A stretch of DNA of 64,000 bases from Candidatus Multivorans sp. (GTDB taxonomy: Bacteria > Acidobacteriota > Thermoanaerobaculia > Multivoradales > Multivoraceae), in contig OZ251997.1 in the NCBI GenBank assembly GCA_965247095.1, forward strand, positions 2,720,001 to 2,784,000, written 5' to 3'. Under the pieces are notes generated by a model. The model saw nothing but the letters and a program-made list of their open reading frames with translations, ran no database searches and was not told the DNA's origin. Shown piece after piece: positions 28,893 through 36,954 of this stretch. Made by a program: the position numbers and the translations under genes. Every line of letters starts with the position of its first letter. Positions within the stretch are counted from its first letter, which is position 1.

Positions 28893-28997
28893 GGCGCCCA
28901 CCCGAAACGGTTCAGATCGATGCGGCCGCGCCGGTCAATGCCTGCCGTCATGGCGCCCACCCGAAACGGTCCAGATCAATTCGGCCGCAGCGATCAA
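28889..28997. repeat. imperfect direct repeat (59-bp period) duplicating the 3' end of the ATL gene
   Basis: TCACGGCGCCCACCCGAAACGGTTCAGATCGATGCGGCCGC at 28889 versus TCATGGCGCCCACCCGAAACGGTCCAGATCAATTCGGCCGC at 28948. Confidence 0.85.
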
Positions 28998-29283
28998 ACA
29001 CGATGCCCTCGTCTTCGAGCAGAAAGCGCTGCCGGTCCACGCTCTCCAGCAGATCGAGACCGCGCTCGCTGACCTCGCCGCGGGCGTTGACCACCCGGTG
29101 CCAGGGCACGCCGTCGTCGCCCAGCCGGGCAAGGGCATAGCCGACCTGCCGGGCGTTGCGGGGACGCTCGGCGAGAGCGGCGATCTGGCCGTAGGTGGCG
29201 ACACGGCCCTCGGGGATGCACTGCACGATGCGGTGGAAGGTCTTGTGAAGGCCGTTCGTGGCCTGATGTTCGGGTGCGGTCAC
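28948..29283 (-). CDS. alkyltransferase-like protein (MGMT family, ATL/YbaZ type)
   Basis: IPEGRVATYGQIA, ARQVG and PWHRVVN; Trp replaces the catalytic Cys of PCHR. Confidence 0.9.
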   Translation of the reverse strand: MTAPEHQATNGLHKTFHRIVQCIPEGRVATYGQIAALAERPRNARQVGYALARLGDDGVPWHRVVNARGEVSERGLDLLESVDRQRFLLEDEGIVFDRCGRIDLDRFGWAP

Positions 29284-29354
29284 GATCGGGGAACCTTACT
29301 AGGAGACCGCGCCGCCTCTCCGAACCCCATTCTGCTACCTTCGGCGATCCAAGC

Positions 29355-30617
29355 ATGTCCTCCGACGATCGAGGTCACAGCCGCCTCGACCGGCGGCGCA
29401 ACTACGCCGCCCTGCTCGCCCATGGCCTGCTCGGCATGACCGGGTTCCGCCTGCTCCAGGCGCCGACCTTCCTGCCGACCTACATCCACCTGCTGACCGG
29501 CGCCAGTCTGGCGGTGGGCGCGGCTTCGGCCTGCCAGAGCCTGGGAATGTTCGTGTCGCCAGTGCTCAGCGCCGCGCTGGCCGAGCACCGCAGCCACGTG
29601 AAGTGGGCCACCGTGCTGTTCGGCGGTCTGATGCGGCTGCAGATCCTGGTCCTCGCCCTGCTGGCCCTGTTCGCGCCGGTCGATGTCGCGGTGTTCCTGA
29701 TCTGGCCGGTGCTGGTGATGTGGGGCCTGTCGAGTGGCATGCAGATGGTCGTGTTCAACCTGCTGTTGGCGAAAGCGGTGCCCGTCACTCGGAGAGGACG
29801 GCTGCAGGGGACACGCAACCTGAGTGCCGGTGTCTCGGTGATCCTGATGTCGGTCGTCGCCGGATGGGTGCTGGACCGCTACGGGTTTCCGCGGGGCTAC
29901 GGTCTGACCTTCCTGGGCGCCGCGGTGATGGCCTCGGCAGGGCTTGCTTTCATGGGCCTCATTCGGGAACCCGCCGCCCTCGATGTGCACGCGACGGGAC
30001 TCAGCCTGCGAGTCCGGCTTGGCAAACTGCCGGATCTCTTCCGCTCCGACCGCGACTTTGCGGGCTTCCTGGAGGCGCGACTGCTGAGCAGTGCCGCTCG
30101 AGGCGCCTTGCCGTTCTACATCGTGCTGGTCAGCGAGCGGTTCGGCGTCAGCGGAGCCCGCCTCGCCGGTTTGACCATCGTCTTCGTGGCGGCGCAGTCG
30201 GTCTGCGCCCTGATGTGGGGCCTGCTGGGTGACCGGTCGGGCTTTCGCGTCGTGTTCGTGCTGGCGCTCGGCACCTGGATCATGGGCAGCCTCATCGTCC
30301 TCTGGGCGCCGGTCTTCCCGGTCGCGTATGTGGTCTTCCTGCTGGTTGGCGCGGGCCTCAGCGGCGTGCTGCTCGCGTCGCAGAACCTGGTGCTCGAGTT
30401 CGGACGGGAGCGCGACCGCCCGATGCGCATCGCCGCCACCCACTCACTCTCCGAGGCGGCGGGCGTGGCGGCGTTCCTGGGTGCGGGATTGATCAGCCAG
30501 GTGGCGCCGATCGAGAGCGTGTTTCTGATCTCCATCGTTCTCCATCTGTTGGCGCTACGGAGGTTGATCCGCACCGTGGACCCGCGGCGCACGGCGCAGA
30601 AGGCCGCGGCGGACTAG
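29355..30617 (+). CDS. MFS transporter
   Basis: About 12 hydrophobic segments and an MFS loop motif WGLLGDRSG. Confidence 0.85.
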   Translation: MSSDDRGHSRLDRRRNYAALLAHGLLGMTGFRLLQAPTFLPTYIHLLTGASLAVGAASACQSLGMFVSPVLSAALAEHRSHVKWATVLFGGLMRLQILVLALLALFAPVDVAVFLIWPVLVMWGLSSGMQMVVFNLLLAKAVPVTRRGRLQGTRNLSAGVSVILMSVVAGWVLDRYGFPRGYGLTFLGAAVMASAGLAFMGLIREPAALDVHATGLSLRVRLGKLPDLFRSDRDFAGFLEARLLSSAARGALPFYIVLVSERFGVSGARLAGLTIVFVAAQSVCALMWGLLGDRSGFRVVFVLALGTWIMGSLIVLWAPVFPVAYVVFLLVGAGLSGVLLASQNLVLEFGRERDRPMRIAATHSLSEAAGVAAFLGAGLISQVAPIESVFLISIVLHLLALRRLIRTVDPRRTAQKAAAD

Positions 30618-30986
30618 GCCTGGCCGTCCTGGCATGGGGATTGCTTGATCCCTGTGTGTCGGGACTGCAAGCGTCGTCCCGAGAGATGTGGAACACACCC
30701 GGAGGAGGTCCCTCACCAACTCTCCTGCCTAGTAACCCAAGAGCGGACCGGCGGCGCGGCCGCGTGCTAACGACGCTTGTTCTAGCTATTCGCCTGCGCC
30801 ACTACTTGCCGGTTCAGCCTCCTGCTCGGATCTTCCAACTCGCTCCGTTATCTCTGGGCGAGCCTTCCAGATTCCTTCCAACGGACCTCCTCCGCTCCGC
30901 TTCCACCTATACCCAAGAGCCGCCGCCCCGGACACGACAACGTGGACCGGTCGCGGCGCCCGGCCGCGCCAGGATGGCGCGGTCGG

Positions 30987-32504
30987 CTAGGGACGGTCGT
31001 GCAGGTACCGTGACACGGCGTCCAGAGCGATTCGCTCCTGGGCGCCGGTGTCGCGGTCGCGCACGGTGACCGTTTGATCGTCGAGGGTCTGGCCGTCGAC
31101 GGTGAAGCAACAGGGCGTGCCGGCCTCGTCCATTCGCGCGTAGCGTTTGCCGATCGACTGCTTCGCGTCGTACTGGATGCGGTAGTACCGGCGGAGTTCG
31201 AGGTAGAGCGCCTCCGCGATCTCGGGCATTCCGCCCTTGTTCACCAAGGGGAAGACGCCCGCGTGAATCGGCGCCAGCCGGTGCGGGAAGCGCATGAGTT
31301 CGGACGATGGCCGGCTCTCGTCGACGGTGTACGCCTCGCAGAGCAGCGCCAGCACACCCCGGGTCAGGCCGGCGGCGGGTTCGATCACGTGGGGCACGAA
31401 GCGCTCGCGCGTCTGCTGATCGAAGGTCTCCAGCTTGACGCCGCTCCACTGCTGGTGCTGCTCCAGGTCGAAGCTGCCGCGGTGGGCCACTCCCTCGAGC
31501 TCGCCGAAACCCGGCTCGGTGAACGGGTACTGGTACTCGACGTCGAAGGTGCCCTCGCCGGTCTGGGCGTAGTGGGCCAGTTCGGACGCCTCGTGGCGGC
31601 GCAGGCGCAGCCGGTCGCCGGCCAGACCCAGGCCGCTCCACCAGTCCATCCGCGCCTGGGTCCAGAACTCGAACCAGATCTTGGCCTCGGACGGGTGGCA
31701 GAACCACTCCATCTCCATCTGCTCGAACTCACGGGTGCGAAAGATGTAGTTCCTCGGCGTGACCTCGTTCCGAAAGGCCTTGCCGATCTGTGCGATGCCG
31801 AACGGCAGCCGCACCCTCGAGGTGTCCAGCACGCCCTTGTAGTTCAGGAAGATGCCCTGGGCCGTTTCGGGCCGCAGGTAGGCGATGTTGTCCTCACCGG
31901 AGGCGGCGCCGACGAAGGTCTTGAACATCAGGTTGAAGTCGCGGGCCTCGGTCAGCGTCCCCGGCCCCGAGGCGCCGGGCGCCCAGACATGGTCCCGCTC
32001 CGCCGCGTCGAGCTCGGCTAGCGGCACCGACTCGAAGTCCTCCAGCGTGGGCCGGCCGTGGATCGCCTTGCGCGCCGTCCTGAGCGCGGGTTCCGGTTCG
32101 CCCTCGAGGTAGGCGAAGAAGGCTGGCGGGTCCAGATCGCGCTTCGGCCGCAGCACCTGCAGGTGGTCCGCCCGGAAGCGGGCCTTCGTCTGCCGGCAGT
32201 CGACCATCGGGTCGGAGAAGCCGCCGACGTGGCCGCTCGCCTCCCAGGCCCGGGGGTTCTGGATGATAGACGAGTCGATGCCGACGATGGACAGCGGAGC
32301 GCCGTCCGGGCCGATCGGGGGGCACTCGACCATGTCGTGCCACCAGGCGTCGCGCAGGTTGTTCTTGAGCTGGACGCCGAGTGGGCCGTAGTCCCAGAAC
32401 CCGTTGATGCCGCCGTAGATGTCGGACGCCGGGAACACGAAGCCGCGGCGCTTGGCGAGCGCCACGATGCGTTCCATCCGTTCGCTGCCTGTGGGTTGGG
32501 ACAT
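30987..32504 (-). CDS. glyQS: glycine--tRNA ligase (alpha2 type)
   Basis: KRRGF...YGG...DYGPLG, YLRPETAQGIF, GKAFRNEVTPR, REFEQME, PHVIEP and IGKRYARMDEAGTP. Confidence 0.97.
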   Translation of the reverse strand: MSQPTGSERMERIVALAKRRGFVFPASDIYGGINGFWDYGPLGVQLKNNLRDAWWHDMVECPPIGPDGAPLSIVGIDSSIIQNPRAWEASGHVGGFSDPMVDCRQTKARFRADHLQVLRPKRDLDPPAFFAYLEGEPEPALRTARKAIHGRPTLEDFESVPLAELDAAERDHVWAPGASGPGTLTEARDFNLMFKTFVGAASGEDNIAYLRPETAQGIFLNYKGVLDTSRVRLPFGIAQIGKAFRNEVTPRNYIFRTREFEQMEMEWFCHPSEAKIWFEFWTQARMDWWSGLGLAGDRLRLRRHEASELAHYAQTGEGTFDVEYQYPFTEPGFGELEGVAHRGSFDLEQHQQWSGVKLETFDQQTRERFVPHVIEPAAGLTRGVLALLCEAYTVDESRPSSELMRFPHRLAPIHAGVFPLVNKGGMPEIAEALYLELRRYYRIQYDAKQSIGKRYARMDEAGTPCCFTVDGQTLDDQTVTVRDRDTGAQERIALDAVSRYLHDRP

Positions 32505-32641
32505 CCGCTGCTCCTTCCGCCGGGCCGGCGAGGAAGCGGAACGGTAGCACTGCCGCGCCTGCTCGACGTGCCGAACCCGGACGGCGGCTTGCTACGATCC
32601 GCCCTTCCTCCCGCCAGCCCGCCCTGGCGCGCGGCCTGCCG

Positions 32642-32743
32642 ATCTGGATCTCGCCGCCCCTTTCCATCAACTCCGACGAGGTCGATGAGATGATGCGGAG
32701 GCTGCTGGCGATGCTCTCCGAGTGGGAGAGCCTGGTCCTGTAG
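32642..32743 (+). pseudogene. orphan C-terminal fragment of a class III aminotransferase
   Basis: Translates as IWISPPLSINSDEVDEMMRRLLAMLSEWESLVL*, matching the typical PPLxIxxxEVD aminotransferase end. No upstream body is present. Confidence 0.5.
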
Positions 32744-32764
32744 CGGCGCTGCCGACGGTCCCTG

Positions 32765-33712
32765 TCAGTTGTTGTCGGCGAGGCCTCTCTCTTCCAGCAT
32801 TCGTTCTAGGTCTGCCAGACGCTCCTTCAGGCTCTCCAGGCGTTCCTCGAGGGCCTTCATGTCGGGGCGCCGCTCTTGGAGGAAACGTTGCACGTGTTCG
32901 TGGCGCTCCTTCCACTCGTCGCCGTTGAAGTACTCCTGGATCTTCTCGTGCACGTCCTCGGGTCCTACGAACACGTCGACCTCGCCGTCGCCGTCAAGAT
33001 CCTCCCGGCCACGCAGGAAGAAGGAAAAGGAACCGGGCTTCAGGTCCTGACGCGGCCGTTCGTCCAGGGTCGTACTGAGGATCTCGACCTTGCCGTCCCG
33101 CCAGATCTCGAGATCGGCCGGATCTCCGGCTTCGGCGCGCCGAACCATGGAGGTCAGCCGCCGAGAACTGGGCACGTCCTCGCCTTCGAACCGAGTGAGG
33201 ATGTCGCCCACCTGAATGCCGGCGCGGGCCGCCGGGCTGTTCTCGGCAACGTTCGAGACCAGGACTCCGCTGTCCTCGGGCACCCCGAAGTGGGCGCGTA
33301 GCGGCTCGTTGAGATTGACGAGTTCAACGCCGAGATAGGCGCCGCCGAACAAGCCCACGGAATGTCCGCTCTCCATGGTGTTCCGAAGTGCCTCCTCCAG
33401 GGTCGCCCCGGCGCCCCTCGCGCTGATGCGGGCATTTGCCAGATCCTCAGCAGCGGGAATCTTGTCTCCTAGCACGAACACGAACGAGGGCTCGTCTCGA
33501 CCAAGCGCGCGGGCCAGACTCGCGGCTTCCTCCCCAGAGAGGACCTTGGCTCCGGACTCGCTGAGAACCCTGATCTCGGGCGGAATCTCTGGTGTCTCCT
33601 GGGCGAAGGCGCCCGGCGCCCAAGCCAGGGCCAGCGCTGCTGTCAAGGTGAGGACAAGGGGGCGGAAGCGATTGCCGGTTGCATTGCGAGCGGGAAGGCT
33701 GTTCGTGGTCAT
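32765..33712 (-). CDS. secreted PDZ-domain protein
   Basis: Signal peptide ending AFA-Q; YLGV...GVLVSNVAENSPAARAGIQVGDIL; no protease domain visible; C-terminal coiled coil. Confidence 0.82.
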   Translation of the reverse strand: MTTNSLPARNATGNRFRPLVLTLTAALALAWAPGAFAQETPEIPPEIRVLSESGAKVLSGEEAASLARALGRDEPSFVFVLGDKIPAAEDLANARISARGAGATLEEALRNTMESGHSVGLFGGAYLGVELVNLNEPLRAHFGVPEDSGVLVSNVAENSPAARAGIQVGDILTRFEGEDVPSSRRLTSMVRRAEAGDPADLEIWRDGKVEILSTTLDERPRQDLKPGSFSFFLRGREDLDGDGEVDVFVGPEDVHEKIQEYFNGDEWKERHEHVQRFLQERRPDMKALEERLESLKERLADLERMLEERGLADNN

Positions 33713-33724
33713 TGCGTGAATCTC

Positions 33725-34156
33725 CTATTGAATCCTGCGGCCGGCAACGGCGGTGTACCGCACCGGTAGTGGTTCGATGTCCCGCAGATCGAAGAGGACT
33801 TCGGTCTGGGGGTCGATGGACACCGGTACGAAGGGCTGGGAGTCCAAGGCCAGTCGGCGCAGCGACTCCAACTCCTCAATGAGTTCCCGGTGTTCGGATT
33901 TCAGTTGCTCGATGCTCTCCGCCGTCATCGGCGCCGGTTCGGGCGCCGACTGCCGGGCCCACCAGGCACCGGCGGCGGCCGAGGCGATGACTACAGCGAC
34001 GCAGGCCGCGGCGAAACGCAGTCGTGCGACTGGCGGGCGGGCCTCATCGGCCCGGACGCGCCGGAGAACGTCGGCCGTGAAGTCCGCCGAGGCTTCGACG
34101 CGGGGCAGGCGCTTCAGATCCGGGAGCGCGCGAGGGGTTCCGTCAGAGTCCTTCAT
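33725..34156 (-). CDS. putative single-pass anti-sigma factor
   Basis: ASADFTADVL followed by one TM segment; ATGA overlap with the ECF sigma gene. Confidence 0.6.
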   Translation of the reverse strand: MKDSDGTPRALPDLKRLPRVEASADFTADVLRRVRADEARPPVARLRFAAACVAVVIASAAAGAWWARQSAPEPAPMTAESIEQLKSEHRELIEELESLRRLALDSQPFVPVSIDPQTEVLFDLRDIEPLPVRYTAVAGRRIQ

Positions 34157-34818
34157 CTTTGTCCTCCGTTCCAGTACTCGCTCAGGTCGTCGCGAAGCAG
34201 ATTCTTGCCGCGGTGGACCCTCGACTTGACCGTTCCTTCGCTGTACCCGAGCGTCTTGGCGATACGCGCGTAGGGCCAGCCTTCGATCTCCCTCAGCACG
34301 ACGGGTGCACGGTAGTGAAGTGGCAGGCGGCTCAGGGCTCTGGTGACGGCGTCTGCCGCCTCGGCGCCCAGGGCGGTTCTCTGCGGCGAGGGGACCGGCG
34401 CACGCTGCCGGTGCTCCGCGGTCAATGACGGCAGCAGTCCGCGCCAGCGGGCGGCCTTGCGTTCCTCGCTGCGAAGCTGGTTCGTGGCGATGCGGAACAG
34501 GTACGCTTGGAACTGGCCTCGTTCCCGGTAGCGGCTCGCCGAACGGTAGACGCGCACGAACGCGTCCTGAGTCAGATCTTCGGCGCGTTCGCGGTTGCGG
34601 GTCATTTGGGTCAAGTAGTTCACTAGGGGGTTCTTGTAGCGCTCCACGAGCTCGGCGAAGGCCTGCTCGTCGCCCTGATTGACGCGCGCCATGAGCCGTC
34701 CGTCGTCCGCGGCGCGGGCCACGTGGGCCGCGTCCGCAGGGGCGGTCATCTGCGCCGCGGTGCTTCGGAGCTTCGTCGGCACCGCCAGCGGGTCGGGCCT
34801 GAGCGCGGCCACGGGCAT
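34153..34818 (-). CDS. ECF RNA polymerase sigma-70 factor
   Basis: GDEQAFAELV, AEDLTQDAF, YLFRIATN and LREIEG...GTVKSRVHRG. Start placed at ATG 34818 because the longer ORF extends only through DNA repeats. Confidence 0.9.
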   Translation of the reverse strand: MPVAALRPDPLAVPTKLRSTAAQMTAPADAAHVARAADDGRLMARVNQGDEQAFAELVERYKNPLVNYLTQMTRNRERAEDLTQDAFVRVYRSASRYRERGQFQAYLFRIATNQLRSEERKAARWRGLLPSLTAEHRQRAPVPSPQRTALGAEAADAVTRALSRLPLHYRAPVVLREIEGWPYARIAKTLGYSEGTVKSRVHRGKNLLRDDLSEYWNGGQR

Positions 34819-34829
34819 TTCACTCTTAC

Positions 34830-34854
34830 AACGCGCGAGCGCGTGAAGTGTTCC
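34830..34854 (-). promoter_or_regulatory. putative ECF-sigma autoregulatory promoter
   Basis: Minus strand GGAAC-N16-CGTT just upstream of ATG 34818. Confidence 0.55.
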
Positions 34855-34988
34855 AGCAGAGCGCCCGATGACGGGCGTTCTGCTGGTTCGCGTGTGGCGC
34901 GGAACGCGCCACCCGGGTTCCATCCGTGCGCCCGATGACGGGCGTTCTGCTGGTTCGCGTGTGGCGCGGAACGCGCCACTCGGGTTCC
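34852..34988 (-). repeat. two tandem copies (68-bp period) of family B repeat
   Basis: GCGCCCGATGACGGGCGTTCTGCTGGTTCGCGTGTGGCGCGGAACGCGCCACYCGGGTTCC occurs at about 34861 and 34929. Confidence 0.9.
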
Positions 34989-35034
34989 CGGTAGACTCCG
35001 CTTTTCCCGGCAATCAAGAACAGGAGAAGCGCGA

Positions 35035-35922
35035 ATGACCGTAGCCGAGATGAAGAGCACCCCCGAACCCGGAACCCGGGCGGCGCGTTCCGCGCCGCAC
35101 GCGAACCAGTCCGCGGGCGAGTCAACGAGCCCGCGGATGGAGTTGCGGGTCGATGTCCAGGACCGCGTCGCCCTGCTGACGTTCAACCGTCCCAAGAAGC
35201 TGAACGCCCTTTCCGCCGAGATCACCAGCGGCCTCCAGGAAGAGCTGCCGCGGCTGGCCGCCGACCCCGATGTCGGCGTGATCGTTCTCACCGGCGAAGG
35301 TCGCGCCTTCTGCGCCGGCGGCGACGTCTCGGGCATGGGCAAGTCGGGCGGCGCTCCGGCGACGCTCGAGCAGCGGATCGACAGTCTGCGGCGCGGCCAG
35401 GAGGCGGCGTGGCTCGTTCATTCCGTTCCCAAGGTCACGATCGCCCTGGTCAACGGCTTCGCCATGGGCGCCGGCCTCGGCCTGGCGGCAAGCTGCGATC
35501 TGCGGCTGGCCTCGAGCGCGGCGAAGTTCGGCACCGCGTACTCCAAGGTCGGCTACGGCGGCGACTGGGGCACGACCTGGCAACTGACCCGGCTGGTCGG
35601 TCCGGCGGTGGCCAAGGAGCTGTTCTTCACGGCCGACATCATCGATGCGGAGGAGGCGCGGCGCATCGGCCTCGTGAACCGCATCTACGACGCGGAGAGC
35701 TTCCACGCGGAGGGGATGGAGTTCGCGTCGCGGCTCGCCCACGGGCCGCTGGTGAGCTATCGCTGGATGAAGGAGAACGTGAACCTGGCGGTGACGCAGG
35801 ACTTCCGGACCATCCTCGACCGGGAAGCGATCTCGCACATCCGTTGCGGCGAGACCGACGATCACCGCGAGGGCGTCGCGGCCTTCATGGAGAAGCGGGC
35901 GCCGCAGTTCACTGGGCGCTGA
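35035..35922 (+). CDS. enoyl-CoA hydratase/isomerase family protein
   Basis: NRPKKLNAL, AFCAGGDV, GAGLGLAASCD and AFMEKRAPQF; AGGAG RBS. Confidence 0.93.
   Translation: MTVAEMKSTPEPGTRAARSAPHANQSAGESTSPRMELRVDVQDRVALLTFNRPKKLNALSAEITSGLQEELPRLAADPDVGVIVLTGEGRAFCAGGDVSGMGKSGGAPATLEQRIDSLRRGQEAAWLVHSVPKVTIALVNGFAMGAGLGLAASCDLRLASSAAKFGTAYSKVGYGGDWGTTWQLTRLVGPAVAKELFFTADIIDAEEARRIGLVNRIYDAESFHAEGMEFASRLAHGPLVSYRWMKENVNLAVTQDFRTILDREAISHIRCGETDDHREGVAAFMEKRAPQFTGR
35071..35140 (+). repeat. family B repeat in frame within the enoyl-CoA hydratase N-terminus
   Basis: GGAACCCGG GCGGCGCG-ttc-CGCGCCGC ACGCGAACCAG TCCGCGGGC...GCCCGCGGA TGG. Confidence 0.8.
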
Positions 35923-35960
35923 GCAGACGACGTCGCCGGTATGGCGGCGCCGGGGCAGGC

Positions 35961-35997
35961 AAGAGCGCCCGAAGCTCCTTCGAGCCTCGGGCGCTTT
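35961..35997. terminator. probable bidirectional intrinsic terminator
   Basis: AGCGCCCGA-aGCTC-cttc-GAGCc-TCGGGCGCT-TT hairpin between convergent genes. Confidence 0.6.
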
Positions 35998-36044
35998 GGC
36001 TGTGTGTTGGAACGGCCGACTGTGCCGTTTCGTGGTGAGCGCGT

Positions 36045-36737
36045 CTAGAACGAGAAGCCGATGCCGGCCAGGAAGTCGACGGGCTGTTCCGGCAGGGCGT
36101 CGCTGTCCAGGGCGTCGATGTAGCTGACGAACGCCGCCCAGGCGCCGCCGGAAAGGCCGAAGGTGACGTTGCCGTCGTACATGCCGCCGGCGAGGCCGTC
36201 ATAGGCGGCGGCGAAGTCGTCGCCGGCGTAGCCGGCCGAGATCGAGACGCTCCAGGCCAGCGCGCCGCTGGCGTCGCCGCCGAACGAGACGCCGAAGTTG
36301 GCGTAGAAGTCCTTGACCTCGTCGATGTCGTAGTACAGGGAGAAGCTGGGGGCGGCGACGATGTCCCAGCCGACCGTGGCGTAGATCTCGCGGGTGCCGT
36401 CGAAGGGCGTGTTCGGGAACAGGTACTCGATGAAGCCGACCTCGGCAGAGACCGCGTCCGTGCCGAAGCCGTAGGAGGCCGTGAGATCGATCTCGTTGAA
36501 CTCGCCGCTCATGTCGTTCGCGTCGTCGATGTCGAGGCTGCCCCAGACGTTGATGGCGAAGCCGCTGTCGTTCGAGGCGGTGACGGAGGGCTGGAACACC
36601 GCGCCGTCGGTGAAGGTGATGCCCCGCCAGACGTAGGCCGACGCGAAGTCGAGGGCGTATTCAGCGTCGGCCGACGCCGGAGCGGCGGCCAGGCTGAGCA
36701 GAGCGAGTACAACGAAGGTTGCTGATTTCCGGATCAT
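36045..36737 (-). CDS. TorF/Gcw_chp-like putative outer-membrane porin
   Basis: Signal peptide, SAYVWRG, QPS, EIDL, Y-x-FP, TREIY and a terminal Phe (GFSF). Confidence 0.75.
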   Translation of the reverse strand: MIRKSATFVVLALLSLAAAPASADAEYALDFASAYVWRGITFTDGAVFQPSVTASNDSGFAINVWGSLDIDDANDMSGEFNEIDLTASYGFGTDAVSAEVGFIEYLFPNTPFDGTREIYATVGWDIVAAPSFSLYYDIDEVKDFYANFGVSFGGDASGALAWSVSISAGYAGDDFAAAYDGLAGGMYDGNVTFGLSGGAWAAFVSYIDALDSDALPEQPVDFLAGIGFSF

Positions 36738-36781
36738 TGGTGACCTCCCTTAGGGCATGGTTGCCGGTAGCGCGTGGAGTT

Positions 36782-36797
36782 AGCAACACGGGTGCCA
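36782..36797 (-). promoter_or_regulatory. sigma-54 (-24/-12) promoter for the porin gene
   Basis: Minus strand TGGCAC-CCGTG-TTGCT matches the TGGCAC-N5-TTGCW consensus. Confidence 0.85.
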
Positions 36798-36954
36798 ACC
36801 GCGGCCGGCGCCGGCTGTTCCGGTGTCAAACCGTTGCGAGTCAAGGGCTTCGACCCTATGGTGTTGCGGCCGGTCTTGGTCGCGAATCCCAACCCGTTCG
36901 TACAATTTTGTTGCAGGCCGCATGAAGGGCAGACAAACGTGGGCGCACCCGGCG

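Noticed and set aside
34819-35013. N-terminal extension of the ECF sigma encoded by the repeats
   Set aside because: An ECF-type promoter motif directly precedes ATG 34818, so the repeats are more likely upstream and untranslated.
34852-35140. Tandem repeats as a CRISPR array
   Set aside because: The units abut with no unique spacers, only two are in tandem, homologs are dispersed, and no cas genes are present.
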